Shown: positions 1-9,450 of the stretch, piece after piece
How the letters are laid out: every line of letters begins with the position of its first letter
Position numbering within the stretch: the stretch's first letter is position 1
Assembly: GCA_018057765.1 (NCBI GenBank)
Contig: JAGPDB010000009.1
Coordinates: 126-64,125, forward strand
Direction: 5' to 3'
Source of the DNA: Acidimicrobiia bacterium
GTDB taxonomy: Bacteria > Actinomycetota > Acidimicrobiia > IMCC26256 > JAGPDB01
DNA length: 64,000 nt
Notes under the pieces: generated by a model
Database searches by the model: none
What the model was told of the DNA's origin: nothing
Seen by the model: the letters and a program-made list of their open reading frames with translations, nothing else
Program-made: the position numbers and the translations under genes

Positions 1-1
1 G

Positions 2-1138
2 GTACCAGCACAAGCACCTGCACCTACTGAACAAGCAGCTCCAGCTCCAGCACCTGTTAGCGAACAGGCACCATCATCTTTTGCACCACCCGTACAGGCT
101 CCAGCCCCCGAACCAGCACAGGCATCTGCACCTGCTCCAGTAACTTTGAGCGAAACAGATGGTTCTAATACTCAAGGTATTTTACTTTCGCCTATCGTGC
201 GAAAAATGGCGAACGATAACTCAATTAACGTTAATTCTATTGCCGGTACAGGCGTTGGTGGACGTATAACAAAAGAAGACGTTGAAAAAGCTATAGCGCA
301 AAAGAGTTCAACACCAGCTCCAGCACCAGAAGCTCCGGCACAGGCACAGACTCCTGCTCCTCAAGCACAGACACCGGCTGCTCCTGCTCAAGCACCAGCT
401 ACACAAGCACCACAAGGTCCAGCAGGCCAAGATATAGTCATCCCATTTGATAACTTGCGTAGACGTACTGCTGAACACATGATCCGTTCAAAAGCAATTA
501 GCGCACACGTTTATACTTCTGTTGAAGTAGATTTTGAAAACGTTGCCAACGCTAGAAAAGCTGAAGGTAAAGCTTTTAAAGAAAAAGAAGGCTTCTCTCT
601 TACTTACTTACCATTTATTGTTCGCGCATTAAGTGAAGCATTGCCAGATTTTCCAAATGTAAATGCTTCAGTAGATGGAGATAATTTGGTTGTACATCCA
701 GATTTCCATGTTGGTATCGCAGTCGATCTTGATTTCAAAGGTTTATTAGTTCCAGCTGTTAGAAATGCCCAAGGCAAAAAATTAAGATTGATTGCTCAAG
801 AAATTCGTGACTTAGCTGTTCGTGCAAAAAGCAAACAACTTCGTCCCGACGAAGTAATTGGTTCTACATTTACCATTTCAAACCCAGGACCACTCGGAAC
901 ATTCATGACTATGCCTATTATCAACCAGCCTCAGGTTGCGATATTAGCAACAGATGGTATTGCTAAAAAACCAGTAGTTGTGCAAGATTCAACTGGTGCA
1001 GATCTAATTGCTATTCACCACGTTGGTATTTTGACACTCGGTTGGGACCATCGTGCATTCGATGGTGGATATGCAGCTGCATTCCTTGCTCGTGTTCGTG
1101 AAATTCTACAAACACGCGATTGGGTTGCAGAAGTATAA
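2..1138 (+). CDS. sucB: Dihydrolipoamide acyltransferase (E2) of a 2-oxoacid dehydrogenase complex; 5' partial, continues upstream of the window
   Basis: Frame +2 is open from nt 2 (VPAQAPAPTEQAAPAP...), so the TTG at 146 is not the real start. Ala/Pro-rich linkers flank a peripheral-subunit-binding domain (LSPIVRKMA...GTGVGGRITKEDVEKA). The C-terminal acyltransferase domain has the DHRxxDG signature (GWDHRAFDGG). Confidence 0.9.
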   Translation, partial: VPAQAPAPTEQAAPAPAPVSEQAPSSFAPPVQAPAPEPAQASAPAPVTLSETDGSNTQGILLSPIVRKMANDNSINVNSIAGTGVGGRITKEDVEKAIAQKSSTPAPAPEAPAQAQTPAPQAQTPAAPAQAPATQAPQGPAGQDIVIPFDNLRRRTAEHMIRSKAISAHVYTSVEVDFENVANARKAEGKAFKEKEGFSLTYLPFIVRALSEALPDFPNVNASVDGDNLVVHPDFHVGIAVDLDFKGLLVPAVRNAQGKKLRLIAQEIRDLAVRAKSKQLRPDEVIGSTFTISNPGPLGTFMTMPIINQPQVAILATDGIAKKPVVVQDSTGADLIAIHHVGILTLGWDHRAFDGGYAAAFLARVREILQTRDWVAEV

Positions 1139-1154
1139 TTCTGAATAGAGTGCT

Positions 1155-2930
1155 ATGTTAAAAGATAAACTTTATGTGAGATCACTAGGTGTTGTTGATT
1201 TCCATGAAGCTTTATCTATACAAAATGCATTTCATTCTAACGATGATGATTATCTACTTTTGCTTGAACATAATCCTATCTTTACTTGTGGCTCTGGTAT
1301 ACAAGAAGAAAATCTGCTCGATGTAAAAAATAGTGGAATCAAAGTTGTTGATATTGATCGTGGGGGAGATGTAACTTTTCATGGTCCAGGACAATTAATT
1401 GGCTACCCAATTATCACATTAGGCGAGACTCGTGGCGATTTAAGAAACACAATTGCTTTTTTACGATCTTTAGAAGAAGTAATAATAGAAGCCTTAAAAA
1501 TACTTGGTATCCAAGCAATTCGTTTCGAAAAATATACAGGCGTATGGATAGATCTTGGTCCAGAGTATAAATACAACGATCGTTATAAGAAGATAGCTGC
1601 CATTGGTTCTAAAGTTTCCAGAGGACGAACCAAACATGGTTTTGCACTCAATGTTTCTACCGATCTTAGTTACTTTGACAAAATAATTCCTTGTGGAATT
1701 GAACAATTTGGTGTCACATCACTACATGAGCTCGGTCATACAAACATAACATTTGATCAAGTGATTGATACCGTCACAAAAACATTTCTCAACGAATTTA
1801 ACTACAACGAAATCGATATCGCTTCGCATTCTTTCGACGAAAAAGAATATAACACTGATTCAGAAGACGAAGAGACCACAGCTTCTAAACGCTCGTTCCC
1901 CGCTTCGCGAAGTGCACTCGCATTTGAACCTGTAGCATCTTCATCAACACCCGATCAAGGTGACTTGTCTCGTTTTTCGGTCGAAAGCGTAAGTGCTATT
2001 CAACCTTCACTGAGATTATTAGGAAGGTTGTCGAAGGCTGGTGTGCGGGTAGATTTGGAGAAGGATCGTAGAAAACGACCCGACTGGATGAAGAACACTA
2101 TTAAACAAACTGAAGGTTTTAAAGAATTAAAAGAACTCTCAAAAGATCTGAACCTAGTCAGTGTTTGCGAAGAAGCTGGTTGTCCTAATATTTATGAATG
2201 TTGGGAATCTAAAACAGCAACATATATGATTCTTGGAGAAAATTGTACACGTGCTTGTTCTTTTTGTTTAGTAGGTACAAATAAACCAGCTCCACCTGAT
2301 ACTAATGAACCAAAAAATGTTGCAATAGCTATAAAGACTTTAGGTATAAAACATGCAGTAATAACATGTGTTGCTAGAGATGATTTAGAAGATGATGGTT
2401 CAACGCAATTTGTCAATACTGTAAATGAGGTTAGAAAAGCTTCACCTGGTACACAAATTGAATTACTGATTTCTGATAATCGTGGTCATGAAAATTCACT
2501 AGATAAAATATTTAACTCACGACCAGATATTTTGAATCATAATATTGAAACACCAATTCGTATACAAAGAGCAGTGCGACCAAGCGCGAACTATGCACGT
2601 TCGCTTGGAGTTTTAACACGAGCTAAAGAACAAGGTTTGAAAACTAAAAGCGGAATTATTGTGGGCATGGGTGAAACGAATACTGAAATATTACAAACAT
2701 TGCGTGATCTGAAAAATGCAAACATCGATATAGTAACAATTGGGCAATATTTACAACCTACACCCACACATCTCCCAGTTGACAGATTTGTTACGCCAGC
2801 AGAATTTGATGAGTTCAAAAGGTACGGGGAAAGTATAGGAATTCCTCACGTAGAATCAGGGCCACTTGTAAGAAGTAGCTATCATGCAGCAGAGGCTGTG
2901 GATAATTTAACTGAAAAGATTAAATCTTAA
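1155..2930 (+). CDS. lipB/lipA: Fused octanoyltransferase LipB / lipoyl synthase LipA (single 591-codon ORF)
   Basis: The N-terminal ~220 aa is LipB-like (RGGDVTFHGPGQLIGYPI, KIAAIG, HGFALNV). Residues ~285-591 are LipA-like (CEEAGCPNIYECW, radical-SAM CTRACSFC, GQYLQPT, RSSYHA). No stop codon lies between the domains, which are joined by a ~60-aa acidic/Ser-rich linker. Confidence 0.85.
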   Translation: MLKDKLYVRSLGVVDFHEALSIQNAFHSNDDDYLLLLEHNPIFTCGSGIQEENLLDVKNSGIKVVDIDRGGDVTFHGPGQLIGYPIITLGETRGDLRNTIAFLRSLEEVIIEALKILGIQAIRFEKYTGVWIDLGPEYKYNDRYKKIAAIGSKVSRGRTKHGFALNVSTDLSYFDKIIPCGIEQFGVTSLHELGHTNITFDQVIDTVTKTFLNEFNYNEIDIASHSFDEKEYNTDSEDEETTASKRSFPASRSALAFEPVASSSTPDQGDLSRFSVESVSAIQPSLRLLGRLSKAGVRVDLEKDRRKRPDWMKNTIKQTEGFKELKELSKDLNLVSVCEEAGCPNIYECWESKTATYMILGENCTRACSFCLVGTNKPAPPDTNEPKNVAIAIKTLGIKHAVITCVARDDLEDDGSTQFVNTVNEVRKASPGTQIELLISDNRGHENSLDKIFNSRPDILNHNIETPIRIQRAVRPSANYARSLGVLTRAKEQGLKTKSGIIVGMGETNTEILQTLRDLKNANIDIVTIGQYLQPTPTHLPVDRFVTPAEFDEFKRYGESIGIPHVESGPLVRSSYHAAEAVDNLTEKIKS

Positions 2931-3029
2931 CTAGCGATAAAACGGGTTAACGCACTGATTTCGGACATAAATATAGCTTTTTTTTGAATACTATCTTAAT
3001 AATATACTTTAAATGTCGATAAATATTAA

Positions 3030-5435
3030 GTGAAGAGACTATTTAGAGTAAATATGAAAATAATTAAGAAGGTTGTAATACTTATATTTATTATGGTTTT
3101 CGTAACTCTTTCTGGTATTTTCACCCATAACTATATTACCTCAGATGAAGAAATAACAATACGCAAAGCTTTAGATCAAAGATCAGATCAGATGGCAATA
3201 GATGCAAAGCGTGAAATTTATAGATATGAAACAGTTATTTCTACAATGGCAACTCTTTTTAACTCAAGCGATACCGTCACTAAAGATCAATTTACCGCCT
3301 TTACAAACGGATTAAACCTTGGAAATTCATACCCTGGTATTAAAGGATTAGTTTATGTACTCAAAGTGGGCAGCAATGATGCTCAAGAAGTAAATGACAA
3401 ATCGGCAGAGATTGGCAGCCCATTAAAAAGTCCAATAACATTAGATGGTACAGAAAAAGCAATTTTATATTATGTGATTCCAGCAGATGATGAGCAAGTA
3501 CCGACAGGTTTAGATGCAAATCTTATACCAGGAGGAAAAGAAGGTTTTCAGTATAGTATTAATTCAAATAGTGCTGGAGCATCACCACCTCTTAAATACG
3601 TTATCGATTCAAAACCAACTACAGGTTTTGCACTAATTTACCCTGTTAAGGGTGGAGCACCAATACATCTAGATTCTATGAAATCATCACCAAATACTGG
3701 ATGGATTCTTTCTTTTATTGATTCGAGTCTGCTTTTTGATACTCCCTTGGGAAGAGACTTTTCATTAGAAATAACTGATCATAACGATCCACAATTAAAG
3801 AGTGAAATAAAGATCGACAATCCATCAAATTATTCGACAAATTATTCTATAGATGTTGGTGGGAGAAAATTAGACTTTAAAGCAACTGCAAGTAAATCAT
3901 TTATAGAAAGTGTTAGCCCTGAAGCAAAGGCAAGGAAATATACTCTCTTTGTACTTAATGCTGAGATTGCTATTATTCTTTTAATCCTTATACTATTTAT
4001 GCAAAAAAGCAAAAAATCAAATGAAACATCTTTAGGTCATCAAATTACGCATGACACTTTAACGGGATTACCTAATAGATTGTTTCTTGAAAATTGGATG
4101 AATAATAGGATTTCGAATATTACCAATTCACCACGTAATAAAAATAATGATCGTATAGCTGTACTATTTTTAGATTTAGATGGATTCAAAGCAATAAACG
4201 ATACACTCGGGCATCAAGCCGGTGACAGATTTTTGATTTCAGTGTCGCAGAGATTGTCCAATGAAATTCGCGGAAATGATATTTTGGCAAGACTTGGTGG
4301 CGATGAATTTATTGTTGTGCTCGATAGCGTTGACCAAGAAATTCAGGCTATACGCATTGCAGAACGTTTGCTTGAAGTAGTTAGATTCCCTGTAGTGTTA
4401 GATTCTGGGCCAGTATGTGTAAGTGCAAGTATTGGTATAGCTATTTCAACTCTCGAAGTTGGAATAGATCCTGATTCTATAATTCGTTTCGCTGATTCTG
4501 CTATGTATGCAGCTAAACAAGATATACATAATCGAATACGAGTATTTGATAATAAATTAAAATCCATTGTGGAAGGTAAACACGAAGTTGAAACCTCAAT
4601 ATTGCATGCAACTGAACGTGGAGAAATCATTGATGTATTACAACCTATAGTTAATGTTAAAACCGGCGAGACTGCAGGCTATGAAGCATTATGCAGGTGG
4701 AATAATCCTAATTTTGGTGTCTTAGGTCCTGATCAATTTCTAGATGCTGCAAAGGTTACTGGTGAAATTATAAGAATCGACAGTTGGATGGTTGATAAAG
4801 CATTTACAAATGCATTAGAAATATCTGAAATTACCGGAGTTCCTTGTCGAGTTTGGGTGAACCTTTCTGTAAGACATTTACTACAAGGTGATTTCTACAA
4901 GCACGTATTAGATGTCTTGAAAAATTCTTCCGCTAAAGCTGACATGATTGGTGTAGAAATAGAAGAAAGCGTATTTAAAGTAGACAGTGGTCTTTTATAT
5001 CCTTTCCTAAATCAGTTAAGAGATTTGGGGATCCCTGTAGGTTTGGACGATTTTGGTGCTGAAGAAGCTTCTCTTCAAGCATTGAAAAAATATGATTACG
5101 ATGTGATAAAGCTTGGTAGAAATCTAATAAATGATTTTATTACTAATCCTTCAACTTCTATAATCCCAGCAGTCATTCAGTTAGCTAAAGCATCTGATAC
5201 AAAGGTTGTTGCCACTGGTGTCGAGACACCTGAAGCATTACAAAAAATCATTAATGCTGGTTGTGATTTTGTACAAGGTTATGTGTTCTCAAAACCACAA
5301 GAAATCGAAGCGTTAGTTGATGTTAGCCCCAATTTTGTATGGCAATTGCCGCTAGGTGTTAAATCTAAGGTAACAAATACTGACAATACTGACGACAATG
5401 GTGTTAGTTCAATTTTGGATAAGCAATCTTCTTAA
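3030..5435 (+). CDS. Membrane sensor with extracytoplasmic domain, GGDEF diguanylate-cyclase domain and off-consensus EAL domain
   Basis: Layout is TM helix, ~270-aa extracytoplasmic segment (CHASE-like by layout only), second TM. The GGDEF domain has RLGGDEFIVV with RGND (RxxD I-site) upstream. EAL motifs present are YEALCRW, VNLS, DDFG and QGY. ATG at 3054 is an alternative start. Confidence 0.85.
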   Translation: MKRLFRVNMKIIKKVVILIFIMVFVTLSGIFTHNYITSDEEITIRKALDQRSDQMAIDAKREIYRYETVISTMATLFNSSDTVTKDQFTAFTNGLNLGNSYPGIKGLVYVLKVGSNDAQEVNDKSAEIGSPLKSPITLDGTEKAILYYVIPADDEQVPTGLDANLIPGGKEGFQYSINSNSAGASPPLKYVIDSKPTTGFALIYPVKGGAPIHLDSMKSSPNTGWILSFIDSSLLFDTPLGRDFSLEITDHNDPQLKSEIKIDNPSNYSTNYSIDVGGRKLDFKATASKSFIESVSPEAKARKYTLFVLNAEIAIILLILILFMQKSKKSNETSLGHQITHDTLTGLPNRLFLENWMNNRISNITNSPRNKNNDRIAVLFLDLDGFKAINDTLGHQAGDRFLISVSQRLSNEIRGNDILARLGGDEFIVVLDSVDQEIQAIRIAERLLEVVRFPVVLDSGPVCVSASIGIAISTLEVGIDPDSIIRFADSAMYAAKQDIHNRIRVFDNKLKSIVEGKHEVETSILHATERGEIIDVLQPIVNVKTGETAGYEALCRWNNPNFGVLGPDQFLDAAKVTGEIIRIDSWMVDKAFTNALEISEITGVPCRVWVNLSVRHLLQGDFYKHVLDVLKNSSAKADMIGVEIEESVFKVDSGLLYPFLNQLRDLGIPVGLDDFGAEEASLQALKKYDYDVIKLGRNLINDFITNPSTSIIPAVIQLAKASDTKVVATGVETPEALQKIINAGCDFVQGYVFSKPQEIEALVDVSPNFVWQLPLGVKSKVTNTDNTDDNGVSSILDKQSS

Positions 5436-5457
5436 TACTAAAACTATACTTTTTCAC

Positions 5458-6216
5458 GTGGTCTTTACAGTATCTTCAGTTGTTCTCAGTTTTGCCTTAG
5501 GCATAATTATATCGCTTATATATATTTCGACGATGAAGACTTTAGGAAAAGGCTTCTTTTTATTAATGCATTCAATATTGATAGGTTTTGTGATATTGGC
5601 CATACTCGCAACTTCAATCAATGTTGTAATAATATTTTCAATTTTGGTTGTATTGATCAGTTTGTTATTTCTGCTTGCTTTATATAAAGAATTTATTTTA
5701 TTAAAAATAAATAATATGCAATTACAATTGGTATTTTCTATTTTTATATCTTTCTTATTAATTTTGGCCTTAATATTAGAAGTTCATAATGTGAAAAATA
5801 TAAGAAATGAAATATTAGAAATATTTAGAATCTTAATTGGAGCATTATTGTTAGGCGGTTCTCTAAACGCAATGTTATTAGGCCATTGGTATCTAGTTCA
5901 ACCTGGTTTAAATCGTATGCCAATAAAAAAGATTTGTAATTTTTTGATATTTGTACTTTTGATAGTCACACTTGGATGGTTAATAAAACCTTCAATGCTG
6001 CAAGTTTTTAGTGGGGATATCAATGATGGATGGAATGGTATGCTGGCAAATATGTGGTTGGGCTCTAGCATTACCTCTTTAGTTATCTTATTAATGGCGA
6101 GAAAAGCATTAAGTGAGAAGAGTTATAGTGCAGTTATGGCTACTACTGGGTTGTTGTATTTAGTTATTCTTATGGTCGCAGGTGTTGAGTTAATACCGCG
6201 TTCGATATTTTCTTAA
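5458..6216 (+). CDS. Polytopic integral membrane protein, function unknown
   Basis: The ORF is almost entirely hydrophobic helices with no recognised motif. The ORF-track ATG at 5398 overlaps the upstream gene; GTG at 5458, just after its stop, is the more plausible start (uncertain). Confidence 0.5.
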   Translation: MVFTVSSVVLSFALGIIISLIYISTMKTLGKGFFLLMHSILIGFVILAILATSINVVIIFSILVVLISLLFLLALYKEFILLKINNMQLQLVFSIFISFLLILALILEVHNVKNIRNEILEIFRILIGALLLGGSLNAMLLGHWYLVQPGLNRMPIKKICNFLIFVLLIVTLGWLIKPSMLQVFSGDINDGWNGMLANMWLGSSITSLVILLMARKALSEKSYSAVMATTGLLYLVILMVAGVELIPRSIFS

Positions 6217-6385
6217 AATGGATTCATTATACCTAATTGAATCCATAAAAGGTTTCGCGCCATTTCGGACGAGCCGAACCTAATATCAGACTGTCGCTAG
6301 AGATTGTTTATGTCTTCAATTAAGCATAATGGCTCTTAAATGCGTATAGAATGAATAGTATAAGAAAAATATAAAAAGGAATGTA

Positions 6386-7834
6386 ATGGTTAAAGTAACT
6401 TGGTCAAATAAGAAAAGCAAAGCTATAAAAGCTGATATTACTGTTGTAGGTATTTTTGATGGTTCTGGATCAAATGATTCAATTATTGAACACCTTGGTG
6501 CTAAATACAAAGATAATTTAAAGCGATTAAATTTTAAACCAACACTTGGCAATACATTGTTAACACAAAGCCACTCAAATGTTTTAATGGTTGTAGGTTT
6601 AGGCTCAGCAAAAGAATTGACTTTAGATACTTTACGCAGAGCATGTGCATCTGCAGCTCGTGAAGCATCTAGCTTTGGGACTGTTGTTGTAGATTTAGGT
6701 ACAACAACAACTACGGTACTTGATTCAGACATTAGCGCGAGAGCAATTTATGAAGGTTTTTGCTTAGGTCTTTATGGATATTCGAAATACAAATCTTCTA
6801 ACGAAGCTAAAGTTAAATCTGTTGTTATTTCTGACGTAACAAAAGCTTCAACAATAAAGACGCTTCAAAAGGTTGCAAAAATCTCTAATGCTGTCTTATG
6901 GGCACGAGATGCTGTTAATACACCTCCAAATGATCAAGCACCAAAAGTTTATGCGAACGAAATTGCCGCATTGTTCAAAGGCACAACAGTCAAAGTTGAA
7001 ATTCTTGATGAAGCCAGCTTGAAAAGAAAGAAAATGGTCGGAGTTGTAGCAGTCGGTCAAGGATCAGCAAATAAACCAGCATTTGTACATTTAACATATA
7101 AATCACCAGGTGCAAAAAAGACCGTTGCTCTAGTTGGTAAAGGTGTAATTTTTGATTCAGGTGGTTTGTCTATAAAAGTTGGCGATGGTATGGGCACAAT
7201 GAAATGCGACATGGGTGGTAGTGCAGCTGTTGTAGGAGCTATGAAAGCGATCAGTGGTATTAAACCAAAAGTTAATGTTGAAGCATATATACCTATAGTT
7301 GAAAATATGCCTGGTGGTAATGCATACCGTGTGTGTGACATTCTTAAATATCGAAATGGCGTTACTGTAGAAATTGGTAATACTGATGCAGAAGGAAGAT
7401 TGATTCTTGCGGATGGGCTCATCTCTGCTTCTGAAAATAAACCAGATGCAATAATTGATTTAGCAACGTTAACTGGTGCAATTGTTATTGCATTAGGGGA
7501 AAAAATTGCTGGAGCTATGTCTAATAACGATAAATTACGTACGAAAGTTATCGAAGCTTCTGAACGAGTTGGCGAAAGAATGTGGCCAATGCCACTTCCA
7601 AAAGATTACCGAAAGGCAATTGATACCCCTGTAGCCAATGTGATTAATACTGGTGAACGCTATGGAAGCTCATTGACTGCTGGTCTATTTCTACAAGAAT
7701 TTGTTGGTGATATACCATGGGTTCATCTAGATATTGCTGGACCTGCATTTATTAGAGCTAATGATGGTGAAAACACAGAGGGTGGTACTGGTTTTGGTAT
7801 CAGAACTCTTGTTGAGTTAGTTGAAACATTTTAA
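6386..7834 (+). CDS. pepA: Leucyl aminopeptidase, M17 family
   Basis: M17 signatures VGKGVIFDSGG and NTDAEGRLILAD; typical length (482 aa). Confidence 0.9.
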   Translation: MVKVTWSNKKSKAIKADITVVGIFDGSGSNDSIIEHLGAKYKDNLKRLNFKPTLGNTLLTQSHSNVLMVVGLGSAKELTLDTLRRACASAAREASSFGTVVVDLGTTTTTVLDSDISARAIYEGFCLGLYGYSKYKSSNEAKVKSVVISDVTKASTIKTLQKVAKISNAVLWARDAVNTPPNDQAPKVYANEIAALFKGTTVKVEILDEASLKRKKMVGVVAVGQGSANKPAFVHLTYKSPGAKKTVALVGKGVIFDSGGLSIKVGDGMGTMKCDMGGSAAVVGAMKAISGIKPKVNVEAYIPIVENMPGGNAYRVCDILKYRNGVTVEIGNTDAEGRLILADGLISASENKPDAIIDLATLTGAIVIALGEKIAGAMSNNDKLRTKVIEASERVGERMWPMPLPKDYRKAIDTPVANVINTGERYGSSLTAGLFLQEFVGDIPWVHLDIAGPAFIRANDGENTEGGTGFGIRTLVELVETF

Positions 7835-7854
7835 AATTAGATAAAATACTCTGA

Positions 7855-8286
7855 ATGTTTAAAACAAAATATATATCAAGACTAATTTTAATAATATTCT
7901 TATTGCTCAGTATTGGTATTATTTTTTCTTCCTGTTCAACAACGAAATCATCTGATCAAAGTGCGGCAAAAGCAAAACTAAGTAAATTACGTGCAACAAA
8001 ATTATATAAAGAGAAAAAGATAACTATTGGAGATAATTACTTCTCTCCTAAATCTTTAACGATTGAACCTAACACTATTGTTATATTCACAAATGAAGGT
8101 TTCTCTTTACATGATGTTAAAGACGATAAAGTTAAAACGAACATTCTAAATAGTGAAGTACTTAAATCGAAGAATATCTATGTTGCGCTATTTACCAAAG
8201 AAGGTGAATATGGCTATCATTGTCATTTTCATGGAGGACCAAAATTTGGTCAATACGGAACAATTATTGTAAAAGCAAAGAAATAG
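7855..8286 (+). CDS. Small cupredoxin-like lipoprotein
   Basis: Lipoprotein-type signal (LLSIGIIFSSC). Single beta-rich domain with SLHDV and a C-terminal YHCHFHG copper-site-like Cys/His motif. The usual axial Met is not seen. Confidence 0.55.
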   Translation: MFKTKYISRLILIIFLLLSIGIIFSSCSTTKSSDQSAAKAKLSKLRATKLYKEKKITIGDNYFSPKSLTIEPNTIVIFTNEGFSLHDVKDDKVKTNILNSEVLKSKNIYVALFTKEGEYGYHCHFHGGPKFGQYGTIIVKAKK

Positions 8287-8289
8287 TAA

Positions 8290-9429
8290 CTAAACCCTAC
8301 AGTATTGATCGTATTCTTTAATTACTATTTCTTTGACATCGTTGCCACAAATTTTACATTCGTCATTTTTTCTAATTTTGAAGTTCTTAAATGTCATTTC
8401 GAGTGAATCAAAAGATAGCAATCTTCCAACTAATGAATCGCCAATACCCAAAATATATTTTATTGTTTCAAGAGCCTGAAGTGAACCAACAATGCCTGGT
8501 AATACTCCAAGTACTCCAGCTTCAGCGCAACTTGGCGCTAATTCTGGTGGGGGAGGCTCTGGCAAAAAACAGCGATAACAAGGGCCATGCGCTGGATCAA
8601 AAACACTCACCTGACCTTCGAATCTAAAAATTGAACCGTGCACTACAGGTACATTTAATAAAACAGATGCATCATTTAGTAAAAATCTTGTAGGAAAATT
8701 ATCTGTACCATCTAGAACAATGTCATATTGCGAAACTATATCAATAACATTTTCTGCATTTAATCTTGTGTTGTATGTTGTAACTTTGCAATCAGGATTC
8801 AAACCAAGTATTCGCATTTTCGCAGACTCAGTTTTGTCCATTCCCATAGTTGCAATTGAATGTATTATCTGGCGTTGTAGATTAGAAGCATCAACAACAT
8901 CCATATCTATAATTCCAATATTGCCAACTCCAGAAGCTGCTAAATACATACCAGCAGGCGAGCCCAAGCCACCAGCGCCAAGTAATAATACTTTTGCATC
9001 TATAAGTTTTTGTTGTCCGACTTCGCCCACTTCTGGTAACAATAGATGTCTTGCATATCTTGACATCTGACTTGAGCTTAGAAGTTTTGGAATTTCAAAG
9101 TCATTCCCTTTATCTTTCCATCCATTGAATCCACCGATTAATGATTTTACGTTTTTGTAACCCAAATCCATAAGTGTTTTTGCTGCAAAAGCAGAGCGAA
9201 TTCCAGAGGCACAATAAATAATAATATTCTCATCTTGGTTTGGAATTTTATTTTCTATGTTAGTCTCAAGTGTACCTCGAGGGATATGAATAGAATTAGC
9301 TATTATTCCGCCTTCAATTTCTACTGGCTCTCTAACATCAAGAAATGTAACTGATTCAGAATTTACGGCATCTATTTCTATTTCTGTTATCTCTGATTTA
9401 ATTTGAGATATTAGATCTTTTGATTTCAT
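8290..9429 (-). CDS. moeB: ThiF/MoeB-family adenylyltransferase with N-terminal rhodanese (sulfurtransferase) domain
   Basis: Rhodanese active-site loop YCASGIRS lies in the first ~110 aa. It is followed by the ThiF/MoeB nucleotide-binding motif LLLGAGGLGSPAGMYLAASGVG, DASNLQRQ and two CxxC pairs (CYRC, CKIC). Confidence 0.85.
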   Translation of the reverse strand: MKSKDLISQIKSEITEIEIDAVNSESVTFLDVREPVEIEGGIIANSIHIPRGTLETNIENKIPNQDENIIIYCASGIRSAFAAKTLMDLGYKNVKSLIGGFNGWKDKGNDFEIPKLLSSSQMSRYARHLLLPEVGEVGQQKLIDAKVLLLGAGGLGSPAGMYLAASGVGNIGIIDMDVVDASNLQRQIIHSIATMGMDKTESAKMRILGLNPDCKVTTYNTRLNAENVIDIVSQYDIVLDGTDNFPTRFLLNDASVLLNVPVVHGSIFRFEGQVSVFDPAHGPCYRCFLPEPPPPELAPSCAEAGVLGVLPGIVGSLQALETIKYILGIGDSLVGRLLSFDSLEMTFKNFKIRKNDECKICGNDVKEIVIKEYDQYCRV

Positions 9430-9450
9430 TGAATTTTCCTAATGTAAATT

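Noticed and set aside
1-430. Repetitive GC-richer CCAGC/GCACC-type DNA at the window start
   Set aside because: It encodes the Ala/Pro-rich interdomain linkers of the E2 acyltransferase, which is a normal feature of these proteins, not a mobile or regulatory repeat.
5398-6216. Polytopic membrane protein as a microbial rhodopsin
   Set aside because: It has no retinal-binding Lys context in a final helix and none of the DTE/NDQ-type motifs. The helix pattern and length do not fit.
6218-6246. 9-bp perfect inverted repeat (ATGGATTCA...TGAATCCAT) just after the membrane-protein stop, as an intrinsic terminator
   Set aside because: The stem is AT-rich with an 11-nt loop, and it is followed by an A-run rather than a T-run on the coding strand. 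The case is too weak to call.
6316-6732. 138-aa minus-strand ORF overlapping the pepA start
   Set aside because: It is antisense to pepA, has a low-complexity (V/T-run) translation and no motif. pepA is strongly supported.
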